A stretch of 20,000 nucleotides of DNA. It comes from Candidatus Aminicenantales bacterium. GTDB taxonomy: Bacteria; Acidobacteriota; Aminicenantia; Aminicenantales; UBA4085. The notes beneath the pieces were generated by a model. That model was not told the DNA's origin. It worked only from the letters and a program-made list of their open reading frames with translations, and did not search any database. The stretch lies in NCBI GenBank assembly GCA_049515535.1, contig JBEKTZ010000011.1, forward strand, positions 113,426 through 133,425, given 5' to 3'. How positions within the stretch are numbered: the first letter of the stretch is position 1; the number at the start of each line of letters is the position of its first letter. Below, in pieces: positions 1 to 8,398 of the stretch. Made by a program: the position numbers and the translations under genes.

Positions 1-2
1 CG

Positions 3-260
3 TATATCAAGAAAGCGAAGACGCCGACGCTCATCCAGCACGGCGAGCTCGATAAGCGCGTTCCCATCCCCAACGCTTACGAGCTGCGGCAGGGCCTGGA
101 AGATCGGGGCGTGCCCGCGGAGATGGTCGTCTATAAAGGCTTCGGCCACGGCGTCACCAAACCGAAATCCCAGCGGGCCGTGATGCAGCACAATCTCGCC
201 TGGTTCAACCACTATATCTTCGGCGATCCGAAGCCGGACCTAACGGTCCCGATAAAATAA
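3..260 (+). CDS. S9 (prolyl oligopeptidase) family peptidase, C-terminal part; truncated by window edge
   Basis: Manual translation from base 3: YIKKAKTPTLIQHGELDKRVPIPNAYELRQGLEDRGVPAEMVVYKGFGHGVTKPKSQRAVMQHNLAWFNHYIF...PIK*. TPTLIQHGxxDxRVP (catalytic Asp) and GFGHG (catalytic His) are typical of the Peptidase_S9 C-terminus. Stop TAA at 258-260. Confidence 0.9.
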   Translation, partial: YIKKAKTPTLIQHGELDKRVPIPNAYELRQGLEDRGVPAEMVVYKGFGHGVTKPKSQRAVMQHNLAWFNHYIFGDPKPDLTVPIK

Positions 261-316
261 GGACGCAATTCCGGCATCGGCACATTTCGATAAATGAGAT
301 AACCTAAGGAGAGCGG

Positions 317-691
317 TTATCCCTTCCGCACCGGGACGATCTCGACCCAGTACCCGTCGGGATCCTCGATGAAGTAGATCCCCATCTTGGGATTTTCGTA
401 ACAGACAACCCCCATCTCCTTATGCCGGCGATAGGCGGCGTCATAATCGTCCACGGTGAAGGCGAGGTGGATCTCATTATCACCCAGATCGTATTTTTCC
501 TTCCGGTCGCGGAGCCAGGTCAGCTCCAGCCGGTGGGGCGTAACGCTGTCGCCCAGGAAAACCAGGATGAAGCTCCCGTCTTCGGGGGCGATGCGGCGGA
601 CTTCCTTGAGATCGAGGGCGCGCTGATAGAAGTCCAGGCTCCGTTCTAAGTCGAGGACATTGACGTTGTTGTGGGCGAACGTGAATTTCAT
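317..691 (-). CDS. gloA: VOC family protein / lactoylglutathione lyase (glyoxalase I), about 124 aa
   Basis: MKFTFAHNNVNVLDLERSLDFYQRALDL...RLELTW...YDLGDNEIHLAFTVDD...IYFIEDPDGYWVEI contains the VOC metal ligands H/E/H/E. Start moved from 772 to ATG 691 because an AGGAG RBS precedes it. Confidence 0.85.
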   Translation of the reverse strand: MKFTFAHNNVNVLDLERSLDFYQRALDLKEVRRIAPEDGSFILVFLGDSVTPHRLELTWLRDRKEKYDLGDNEIHLAFTVDDYDAAYRRHKEMGVVCYENPKMGIYFIEDPDGYWVEIVPVRKG

Positions 692-770
692 GGCCGCGCT
701 CCTTTTTTTTCTGCCGCGGAGATAAGGACGAGGGGGGTTCGTTTCATGGACAACTCCTTCCTTTGGGTTC

Positions 771-776
771 ATTATA
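771..776 (-). promoter_or_regulatory. Putative -10 box (TATAAT) upstream of the small ORF and glyoxalase
   Basis: Plus-strand ATTATA at 771-776 reads TATAAT on the minus strand in an AT-rich intergenic gap. No convincing -35 seen. Confidence 0.45.
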
Positions 777-831
777 ATAAAAAAGGCGGAAAGAAACTAT
801 GCGGATAACGGGCCGGATATTACCCAGCCTT

Positions 832-3504
832 CTATTGCCGGTTGGGAGACGTCGAGTTATCCTTCTCTAATTGTTCGACCCGTCGGCGCATCTCGGCGAC
901 TTTGACTTTCATATCATCGATAATCTTCTTGAACCGCTCATCTTCGCGGATATTTTCGAACAAGGGGTATCTCGACGCATAATTATAGTTCCGCCATCCG
1001 GCATCGACGGCCTTTTCGAGCCACCTTAGAGCTTCATCCTTGTTTCCCTGGACGGCGCAAATCGCGGCCATGTTAGACAAGAGCCCGGAGCTTTCGTCGC
1101 CTTGTTCAAGCCGTTTCTGCAACCGGTCCAAGTTTCCCTGAAACAGCTTCTTCGCCTCGTCCTTTCTCCCTGCTTTCCAATAGATAAACCCGAGTTCGAC
1201 AGGCTGTGTCCCAATTTTTTGATAATATTCTTTAGCCTTTTCGTAATGGCCGGAAAAGAGCTCAGCAAGGGCGGGGTACTCTATAACCCAGGGATGGTCA
1301 GGAAATTTGGACAGATATGTTTGGCTCAACTCGATCGCTTTATTATATTCTCCGAAGCCGAGGTATAAATCTATTTGCGCTATATTTGCCCAGTCCAAGT
1401 CAGGTTGAAGTTCAAGAGCTTTCTTCAGCCACTCCTCAGCTCGCACAGGGTCATCGAGGCCATAATAGATGGATCCCAAATCGGCACAAGGGAAAGCATC
1501 AGCCGGACTCAGGGCAATCGCTTTTTTTACGAATGGGAAAGCCTTATCGAACTCTCCGATATTGAAATAGTATTCGCCTAGAGCGCTGCACGCGAGTGCA
1601 CTGTTGGGATTCGCTTCGACCGCCTTTTGGCCGGCCTCAACGGCTTTTCTCAACCATCCCTTCCCACCAAAATAGGCGGAGCCGAGGGCTTTGTATCCTT
1701 CAGCGAGGTTCGGGTCGAGGGAGATGGCTTTTTGAGCTTCCTCGATGCCTCTGTCGATCCATGTCTTAAGGAATCCAAATCGCTCGGCCCTCTGACAGTA
1801 AGCATCTCCAAGTCCAGCGTGGGCCAGGGCATAATCAGGATCAAGCTCGATCGCCTTCTTGAAAAGCTCAATAGCCTGCTCATTATCTTCCTTTTTGTAT
1901 CGAGAGTAGTATTCGCGGCCTTTGACGTAATACTCATACGCCCTGATATCCTTGGTCGGTTTCTTCTCGATCCGCTCTTTTTCGGCCGGAGTGAGCTTCG
2001 CCTTGAGGGCTGCGGCAATTTGCTGGGCGATACCGCTCTGGATAGCAAAAATTTCCTTCATGTCCCGGTCAAAGGTATCTGCCCAGATATTTTGATCTTT
2101 GGCGGCGTCGATCAACCGGGTCGAAATGCGCACTTTGCTGTCGGCGCGACGCACGCTTCCATCAAGAATGTAGACAACGTTGAGCTCCCGGCCGATTTCT
2201 TTTATTCCTAGATCGCTCTTTTTGTACTTCATCGCCGATGTCTGCGACCGGACATCCAGCTCGCTGATTTTGGAGAGCTGGGTAGTGATATCCTCGGTGA
2301 TGCCGCTGCTGAAGGCTTCATCCTCTTTCGGGTCGCCGAGGTTTTTAAAAGGGAGGACGGCGATAGAGCGCTTTGAAGGCGCAGCGGACGGGGCCGCTTT
2401 CTTGGGCAAAACTTTTGTTAAAGAGATTCCTATGATCGCTACGGCGATGATCGCCGCGGCGGGGATGATAAGTTTTTTGAGCTTGAACGAGACCGTGATC
2501 TGTTTCGAAGTGAACGGCTTTCGTACGGGCGCGACGCGCTCGGTCGTCGGCAATCCATTTTCGATCCGCTCGAGTTCGGCCCGCACGTCGGAGGCGGTCT
2601 GATATCGCCTTGACCGGTCTTTCTCCAGGCACTTCAGGATGACCCCGGCCAGGTCATCGGGAATATGGGGATTGAGCCCTTTCGGATTTTTCGGCGTCTC
2701 GCCTTTTTGCTTCATGGCGATCGCGAGGGCCGTCTCGCCTTCAAAGGGGACCTTCCCCGTCGCCATCTCATAAAGAATGATGCCCAACGAATAAATATCC
2801 GAGCGATGGTCGATATCCTTCGCCTCGGCCTGCTCGGGCGACATATATTCCGGCGTCCCGATCATGACCCCCGGCCCCGTAACGCCCCTTCCTCGAATCG
2901 ACCGGGCGATCCCGAAATCCATGATCTTGGCGTTCCCGCCTTTGTCGATCATGATATTCTGAGGTTTGAGGTCGCGATGAACGATACCCAGGCCATGGGC
3001 TTCGGCCAGTCCTTCGGCGACCTGCTTCCCAATGCTGAGGACGGTTCCGATGACGAGGCTGCCCGACATACGGATCATGGTCTTGAGGTCCTCACCGGAG
3101 ACATATTCCATCGTCAGGAAGTGGACGCCTTCCGCCTCGCCTAAGTCGAACATCCGGCAGACGTTGCGGTGGGCGATCTTGCGGGCCAGCGTCATCTCAT
3201 GGCTGAATCGCTCGAGGACTTCGGCATCGAGCGCGAGCTCGGGCTTGATCAATTTGAGGGCGATTTTTTCTTTAGTTTTTGTATCAAAGACTTTATAGAC
3301 CTTTCCCATCCCACCCGCGCCGAGCTCCTCGATAACCTGGTAGCGGCCTGAAAAGTTCGTGCCGGCGGTCAGCTCTTTGATCGGCTGGTTGAGTGTCTCC
3401 GTCTGAGAGAAAGGAATATCCTTCCGCTTGGGAAAAGGGGTCGAGCACTCCTTGCAGAATTTAGAGTCCGAAGGATTATCCGTTTGACATGCAGGACATT
3501 TCAT
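832..3504 (-). CDS. Receptor-like Hanks-type Ser/Thr protein kinase: zinc ribbon, kinase, single TM, TolB-like domain and TPR repeats (about 890 aa)
   Basis: N-terminal CPAC...CKEC zinc ribbon. Kinase motifs LGAGGMGKVY, IALK, HRDLKPQN, DFG, GTPEYMSPE. Hydrophobic LIIPAAAIIAVAIIGISL. SIAVLPFKNL...SGITEDITTQLSKI TolB-like segment. Repeated KKAIELDP/KAISLDPN TPR motifs. Start at 3504 chosen from similarity to the paralog at 19666 and the promoter at 3539-3567. Confidence 0.93.
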   Translation of the reverse strand: MKCPACQTDNPSDSKFCKECSTPFPKRKDIPFSQTETLNQPIKELTAGTNFSGRYQVIEELGAGGMGKVYKVFDTKTKEKIALKLIKPELALDAEVLERFSHEMTLARKIAHRNVCRMFDLGEAEGVHFLTMEYVSGEDLKTMIRMSGSLVIGTVLSIGKQVAEGLAEAHGLGIVHRDLKPQNIMIDKGGNAKIMDFGIARSIRGRGVTGPGVMIGTPEYMSPEQAEAKDIDHRSDIYSLGIILYEMATGKVPFEGETALAIAMKQKGETPKNPKGLNPHIPDDLAGVILKCLEKDRSRRYQTASDVRAELERIENGLPTTERVAPVRKPFTSKQITVSFKLKKLIIPAAAIIAVAIIGISLTKVLPKKAAPSAAPSKRSIAVLPFKNLGDPKEDEAFSSGITEDITTQLSKISELDVRSQTSAMKYKKSDLGIKEIGRELNVVYILDGSVRRADSKVRISTRLIDAAKDQNIWADTFDRDMKEIFAIQSGIAQQIAAALKAKLTPAEKERIEKKPTKDIRAYEYYVKGREYYSRYKKEDNEQAIELFKKAIELDPDYALAHAGLGDAYCQRAERFGFLKTWIDRGIEEAQKAISLDPNLAEGYKALGSAYFGGKGWLRKAVEAGQKAVEANPNSALACSALGEYYFNIGEFDKAFPFVKKAIALSPADAFPCADLGSIYYGLDDPVRAEEWLKKALELQPDLDWANIAQIDLYLGFGEYNKAIELSQTYLSKFPDHPWVIEYPALAELFSGHYEKAKEYYQKIGTQPVELGFIYWKAGRKDEAKKLFQGNLDRLQKRLEQGDESSGLLSNMAAICAVQGNKDEALRWLEKAVDAGWRNYNYASRYPLFENIREDERFKKIIDDMKVKVAEMRRRVEQLEKDNSTSPNRQ

Positions 3505-3538
3505 GGACGCTTCTTGCGCTGTTTTATGATGTGGACGC

Positions 3539-3567
3539 ATCATAACAGAGAGAATAACGGGGGTCAA
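3539..3567 (-). promoter_or_regulatory. Sigma70-type promoter for the kinase gene
   Basis: Minus strand TTGACC (3567-3562), 17-nt spacer, TATGAT (3544-3539), with extended -10 TG. Confidence 0.7.
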
Positions 3568-3634
3568 TCCATTATTCCCATCGTTCTCATCGCTGTTGTA
3601 TAGTTTCGGAGCGGACATTGGGCTTATCTTCGAG

Positions 3635-3774
3635 GTCCCTGCGAGCGATCGAAGGGAGCGGGGCAATCATAATCCCCCCACAGCCCCCTTTGGAAAAGGG
3701 GGGGCTCGCTTCCCCCCTTTACTAAAGGGGGGAGAAGGGGGGATTAGCCGCGTCGCTTCGCTCCTCGCGATGAC
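3635..3774. repeat. Nested palindromic REP/MITE-like element
   Basis: Outer imperfect IR GTCCCTGCGAG (3635-3645) / CTCGCGATGAC (3764-3774). Inner perfect IR TAATCCCCCC (3670-3679) / GGGGGGATTA (3737-3746), enclosing hairpins CCCCCTTT-GGA-AAAGGGGG and TCCCCCCTTT-ACT-AAAGGGGGGA. Confidence 0.8.
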
Positions 3775-3810
3775 AGACTCTATCGGCAATTTTAAGATTT
3801 TCCGGCCGGT

Positions 3811-3839
3811 TTGACCCCGCCCCCTATTTTTGAGAATAT
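3811..3839 (+). promoter_or_regulatory. Possible sigma70 promoter for the glycosyltransferase
   Basis: TTGACC (3811-3816), 17 nt, GAATAT (3834-3839) preceded by TG. The -10 is weak. ATG follows 6 nt later. Confidence 0.4.
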
Positions 3840-3845
3840 AAAAAA

Positions 3846-4574
3846 ATGCCCAGGCCTGATCCCGGCTCCGTTCATCTCTCCGTGGTCATCCCCGCGTTCA
3901 ATGAAGAAGCGAGGATATTCGACACCGTGACCACGATCGCCGCGTATCTCCGAACGCGGGATTATGCGAGCGAAATGATCGTCGTCGATGACGGAAGCCG
4001 GGACCGGACCGCCGAACGCGCGTCGGAAGCGCTGCGCGGAATGGAGCGCGGCCGTATCGTCAAGCTCCCCAAAAACCGCGGCAAGGGAGCCGCCGTCAAA
4101 GAGGGGATCATGAAGGCCGAAGGCGATTTCATTCTTTTCTCGGACGCCGACCTCTCCACGCCCATCGAGGAGATCGAGAAATTCTGGCCCTGGACCGTGC
4201 GCGGTTTCGATGTCGTCATCGGCTCCCGGGCGCTTCCCGAATCGGACGTCCAAATCCGACAGGCTCCGTTCAGAGAGTTCCTGGGCAAGACGTTCAATAT
4301 CCTCGTCCGTCTTTTGATCCTGGACGGGATCCGGGACACGCAGTGCGGCTTCAAGCTTTTCCGGAGGGAAGCCGCCCGGCGCGTGTTTCCCCGGGTCATG
4401 ATCAAAGGCTTCAGCTTTGATGTGGAAGCGCTTGACCTGTTCCGTCGCGGAGGCTTCGGCATTGGTCAGGTCCCCGTCATCTGGAGGAATGCGCCCGAAA
4501 GCAAGGTTAAAATCGTACGCAGCTCGCTCCGCATGCTATGGGATTTATTGACGATCCGATTTCGTCGCGCATAA
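3846..4574 (+). CDS. GT2 glycosyltransferase, dolichyl/polyprenyl-phosphate glucosyltransferase-like
   Basis: LSVVIPAFNEE, VVDDGSRDRT, NRGKGAAVKEG, FSDADLS (DxD), DTQCGFKLF and FSFDVE motifs. Confidence 0.9.
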   Translation: MPRPDPGSVHLSVVIPAFNEEARIFDTVTTIAAYLRTRDYASEMIVVDDGSRDRTAERASEALRGMERGRIVKLPKNRGKGAAVKEGIMKAEGDFILFSDADLSTPIEEIEKFWPWTVRGFDVVIGSRALPESDVQIRQAPFREFLGKTFNILVRLLILDGIRDTQCGFKLFRREAARRVFPRVMIKGFSFDVEALDLFRRGGFGIGQVPVIWRNAPESKVKIVRSSLRMLWDLLTIRFRRA

Positions 4575-4722
4575 GATATCCGCAAAGCCGCCTTGCTCTC
4601 GGTCCTCCTTTTCGCTTTTCTATTCTATGAGGCCCGCACGAGCGTCATTCCCTACCGAGACATTTTCCTTTTTTACCTCATGCTCGTCATCACGATCGTA
4701 ACGGGCGAATCGGCGGCCCCAA

Positions 4723-6363
4723 CTATTTGAGGACGAGCTTCGTGAAGGGCGCGACATAAGCCTGGAGCAAAACCAGGAGCCCGACGAGCGAAGCGAGCGC
4801 CAGGCTGTGGAAGAAGACGTAGCGCAAGATCTCCCCTTCGTGCCCATACCACTTTGTCGCCGTGGCGGCGACGACGATGCTCTGGGCGTCGATCATCTTG
4901 CCCATGACGCCGCCGGAGCTGTTGGCCGCGGCCATGAGCACAGGGCTGACGCCGATCTGCCCGGCCGTGATTTTCTGCAAGCTGCCGAAAAGGACGTTCG
5001 ACGACGTGTCCGAGCCGGTCAGCGCCACGCCCAGCCAGCCGAGCATCGTCCCGAAGAACGGATACAGGATGCCGGTCCGGGCGAAAGCCAGTCCCATCGT
5101 CGCGTCGAGCCCCGCGTACCGGGTCATGGTGCCTAGAGCGAGCATCGCCGAGACGGTGATGAGAGAGAAGCGCACGCGCTTGACCGTTTTCCACCAGATC
5201 GCGGCCATCCGGCGGAGGCCGAATCCCATGGCCAGCGCCGAGACGACGGCCGAAATGAAAATTCCGGTTCCCGTTAAAGAGAGCCAATTGAAGGACAGCA
5301 CGGCGGCTTCCGGCGTCGGCCCCGGGGCGACGGGGGGCATGCGGTTGATCAGCATGTCCACGCCGGGCACGTGGATCTTGAATGACGAAATACCGTCCAG
5401 CGACGCCTTGACCTGGGGGATTCCCCAGATGAACACGAGCACGCTCAAGACGAACCAGGGCAGCCAGGCTTTGACGACGTCGGCCCGGCCGAAATCGCGC
5501 GTTCTTCCCGCTTTGTGGTCTTCTTCGCCGCCGTCCATTCCCCATATTTTCCGGGGGCGCCAGACCCGCAAAAACAAGATGAGCGCGCCGGTGGATATGA
5601 CGGCGGCGCCGACGCCGGCGAGCCAGGGGCCGTGAAAATTCGAGATCAGGAACTGGGGAACGGCAAAGGATATCCCGGCGACGAGGAGGGCCGGCCAGAC
5701 CTCGAGCATGCCCCAGAATCCGGCGAACGCCCAGATCAGCCAGAACGGCACGATGATCGAAAACAAGGGAAGCTGACGGCCGATCATCGCGCTCAGGACG
5801 CGGACATCGATGCCCGTGACGCCGGCCAAGGCGATAATCGGCGTGCCGAGCGCTCCATAGGCCACGGGCGCCGTATTGGCGATCAACGATAGGCCGGACG
5901 CGATGAGCGGCCGGAACCCCAGGCCGATCAGGATGGCCGCCGTGACCGCCACGGGCGTGCCGAAACCGGCCGCCCCTTCGAAGAACGCGCCGAACGAGAA
6001 CGCGATGAGCAGGAGTTGAAGCCGGCGGTCCTGCGTGATGCCGGTCAAGCTCTCCCGAAGAACCTTGAAATAGCCCCGTTCATCCGCCAGATCGTAGAGA
6101 TAGATGACGTTTAAAATGATCCAGCCGATGGGAAATAAGCCGTAGGCCGCGCCGTAAAGAGCCACGGTCAGCCCCTTGCCGGCCGGCATCCCGAAAACGA
6201 AAATCGCGACCGCTATCGCCGCAGCCAGGCCGAGAAGAGCCGCCATGTGGGCCTTGATACGGAAAAACGCGAGCGACCCCAGCAAAACGAAAATGGGGAG
6301 CGCGGCAAGAACGGTCGACAAGGCCCATTGCCCCAGAGGATCGTAAACCTGATTCCAGGCCAT
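4723..6363 (-). CDS. lctP: L-lactate permease (LctP family)
   Basis: Polytopic 546-aa membrane protein beginning WNQVYDPLG, with FGAFFEGAAGFGTP, ANTAPVAYGALGTP, GSDTSSNVLFG and ANSSGGVMGKMI motifs. Confidence 0.93.
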   Translation of the reverse strand: MAWNQVYDPLGQWALSTVLAALPIFVLLGSLAFFRIKAHMAALLGLAAAIAVAIFVFGMPAGKGLTVALYGAAYGLFPIGWIILNVIYLYDLADERGYFKVLRESLTGITQDRRLQLLLIAFSFGAFFEGAAGFGTPVAVTAAILIGLGFRPLIASGLSLIANTAPVAYGALGTPIIALAGVTGIDVRVLSAMIGRQLPLFSIIVPFWLIWAFAGFWGMLEVWPALLVAGISFAVPQFLISNFHGPWLAGVGAAVISTGALILFLRVWRPRKIWGMDGGEEDHKAGRTRDFGRADVVKAWLPWFVLSVLVFIWGIPQVKASLDGISSFKIHVPGVDMLINRMPPVAPGPTPEAAVLSFNWLSLTGTGIFISAVVSALAMGFGLRRMAAIWWKTVKRVRFSLITVSAMLALGTMTRYAGLDATMGLAFARTGILYPFFGTMLGWLGVALTGSDTSSNVLFGSLQKITAGQIGVSPVLMAAANSSGGVMGKMIDAQSIVVAATATKWYGHEGEILRYVFFHSLALASLVGLLVLLQAYVAPFTKLVLK

Positions 6364-6411
6364 GAATTTTTTTTTCTTTGAGGTCTTGGGTGTCTCCCGA
6401 TGACGCGGGGC

Positions 6412-6420
6412 ATTATATCA
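6412..6420 (-). promoter_or_regulatory. Extended -10 element (TGnTATAAT) for lctP
   Basis: Minus strand reads TGATATAAT at 6420-6412, about 50 nt upstream of the lctP ATG. Confidence 0.55.
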
Positions 6421-6462
6421 AATTCAAATGCCGGATGAACAAAAAAAATGAATGATAAAGTT

Positions 6463-6492
6463 TTGACAATCGCTTCCCTTCGGTGTTATAAA
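6463..6492 (+). promoter_or_regulatory. Sigma70-type promoter for the amidase-fucosidase pair
   Basis: TTGACA (6463-6468), 18 nt, TATAAA (6487-6492), preceded by TG. Confidence 0.55.
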
Positions 6493-6636
6493 ATGAAAAA
6501 AATCGGAATAAAAAAAATCGACCATCGAAGACCTCCTCATTCGGGCCGACAAGAGGATGTAAGAGCAGAAAAAGAAGAACCGGAACGTCTGACCGAAAGA
6601 AAGCCGCCGGCAATTCGAGAAATGAAAGGAGACGAC

Positions 6637-8391
6637 ATGGCAGAAGATCATTTGAAAAATGAAAAGGACGGCTTGGCCCTCAACCGCCGCAAGTTCCTGG
6701 CCTATTTTTCTTCCATCGGGCTCGGCGCGTCGCTCCTGCCCGGCGCGCTCCTGGCCGTGGCCCAGGACGCGCCGCAGATCACGTTGGGCATGGTCGACGA
6801 GGCGGCGCGGATCGCCGGCTTGAATCTCCCCCCCGACGCGGAAAAGAGAATCGCCGATCAGCTGAACCGGAAGGGCGGCCTTCTCGACAATTTCAAGGCG
6901 CTCCGCGACATGAGCCTCGGCAACGCCACGCCGCCGGCCTTCGTCTTTAACCCGGTCCTGCCGGGGATGAAACTCCCGTTGGACCGCAGGACCTTCAGAT
7001 GGTCGAAACCGAACGCCGTCAAGCCTAAAACGGACGAGGATCTGGCCTTCCTCCCGGTGACCCACCTCGCCCGCCTTCTGGAAAAGCGCGAGATCAAATC
7101 CCTCGATCTGACCAAACTGTATCTCGAGCGCTTGAAAAAATACGATCCGATCCTGCACTGCGTCGTCACGCTGACCGAAGAATTGGCGCTCAAACAGGCC
7201 GCTCAGGCCGACCGGGAAATCGCGGCCGGACGATATCGCGGGCCGCTCCACGGCATTCCCTGGGGGGCCAAGGATCTTTTGGCGGTCAAGGGATACAAGA
7301 CGACGTTCGGGGCGTCGCCGTATAAAGACCAGGTCATCGACATGGATTCGAGCGTATACACGAAGCTCACCGAGGCCGGCGCCGTGCTCGTGGCCAAGTT
7401 GACGCTCGGAGCGCTGGCCCAGGGCGACCGCTGGTTCGGCGGACAGACGAAGAGCCCGTGGGACCCGGCCAATCCGAACAACGGCTCGAGCGGATCTTCG
7501 GCCGGCCCCGCCGCGGCCACGGCCGCCGGGCTGATCGGATTCGCGATCGGGACCGAAACGCGCGGTTCGATCATGTCGCCTTCGAGCCGGTGCGGCGTGA
7601 CGGGCCTGAGGCCGACGTTCGGCCGAGTGAGCCGCTACGGGGCCATGGCCCTGAGCTGGACGATGGACAAAATCGGCTCGCTCTGCCGCTCGGCCGAGGA
7701 CTGCGCTCTGGTCCTGAAATTCATCGCCGGCCCGGACGGCAAGGACAACCACGTCATCGCCGCTCCCTTCGACTGGGATTCCGGCCGGGATGTGCGGAAA
7801 CTCCGCGTCGGCTATATCAAGTCCGATCTCGAGAGCGACATTCCCGACGATCCGAAAAACCCGGACCGTGTCCAGCGCCTGCGCGAGAACCGGAAGTTCG
7901 GCCAGGAGGCGTTCGCCGTCATCAAAGCGCTCGGCGTGAATCTCGTTCCGATCGAGCTTCCGAAGGCGGGAAGCGACGACATGGACTTCATCCTGACGAC
8001 CGAAGCCGCGGCGGCGTTCGACGAGTTGATCCGGAGCGACAAGCTCGAGATGATGTCGGCCGAGCCCGAGCGCAGCTCATGGGTCGGCTCGTTCCGGCTG
8101 CATCGGTTCGTGCCGGCCGTGGAGTACATTCAGGCCAATCGCGCCCGGACCAGACTCATGGAAGCGTTCGCCCCGGTCTTTTCGAACATCGACCTTTTCA
8201 TCGGAAGCTCGCTCGGCGTGACTAACTTAACCGGGCATCCGGAGATCAGCCTGCCGAGCGGGTTCGATTCCAAAGGTCAGCCGGCCAGCCTGCGCTTGAC
8301 GGGGAAGCTTTTCGGCGAAGAGGACATGCTGCTCCTTGCCGCGGCGTTCCAAAGCAAGACCGACCACCATCTCCGGCGTCCGAAGCTGTAA
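6637..8391 (+). CDS. Amidase-signature family enzyme with twin-arginine (Tat) signal peptide
   Basis: GPLHGIPWGAKDL (Lys), GSSGSSAGPAAA (cis-Ser) and GTETRGSI (nucleophile Ser) form the amidase triad. LNRRKFLAYFSSIGLGASLLPGALLA is a Tat signal. RBS AAAGGAG precedes ATG 6637, whereas the ORF track starts at 6448. Confidence 0.9.
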   Translation: MAEDHLKNEKDGLALNRRKFLAYFSSIGLGASLLPGALLAVAQDAPQITLGMVDEAARIAGLNLPPDAEKRIADQLNRKGGLLDNFKALRDMSLGNATPPAFVFNPVLPGMKLPLDRRTFRWSKPNAVKPKTDEDLAFLPVTHLARLLEKREIKSLDLTKLYLERLKKYDPILHCVVTLTEELALKQAAQADREIAAGRYRGPLHGIPWGAKDLLAVKGYKTTFGASPYKDQVIDMDSSVYTKLTEAGAVLVAKLTLGALAQGDRWFGGQTKSPWDPANPNNGSSGSSAGPAAATAAGLIGFAIGTETRGSIMSPSSRCGVTGLRPTFGRVSRYGAMALSWTMDKIGSLCRSAEDCALVLKFIAGPDGKDNHVIAAPFDWDSGRDVRKLRVGYIKSDLESDIPDDPKNPDRVQRLRENRKFGQEAFAVIKALGVNLVPIELPKAGSDDMDFILTTEAAAAFDELIRSDKLEMMSAEPERSSWVGSFRLHRFVPAVEYIQANRARTRLMEAFAPVFSNIDLFIGSSLGVTNLTGHPEISLPSGFDSKGQPASLRLTGKLFGEEDMLLLAAAFQSKTDHHLRRPKL

Positions 8392-8398
8392 CCGCGGC

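Noticed and set aside
3505..3666. N-terminal extension of the kinase in the ORF track
   Set aside because: It spans the predicted promoter and part of the repeat, and the paralog at 19666 starts at the zinc ribbon.
3596..3814. 72-aa ORF (...NPPTAPFGKGGARFPPLLKGGEGGI...)
   Set aside because: It is a translation of the palindromic repeat, not a credible gene.
6448..6636. Longer amidase start
   Set aside because: It overlaps the predicted promoter. The RBS and Tat signal support ATG 6637.
6424..7752. 442-aa minus-strand ORF and similar shadows (8513-9607, 10576-11706, 12480-13604, 14929-15663, 4673-5545)
   Set aside because: All overlap well-supported genes and show shadow-frame composition.
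6637..8391. Calling the amidase gatA
   Set aside because: It has a Tat signal and no gatB/gatC neighbours.
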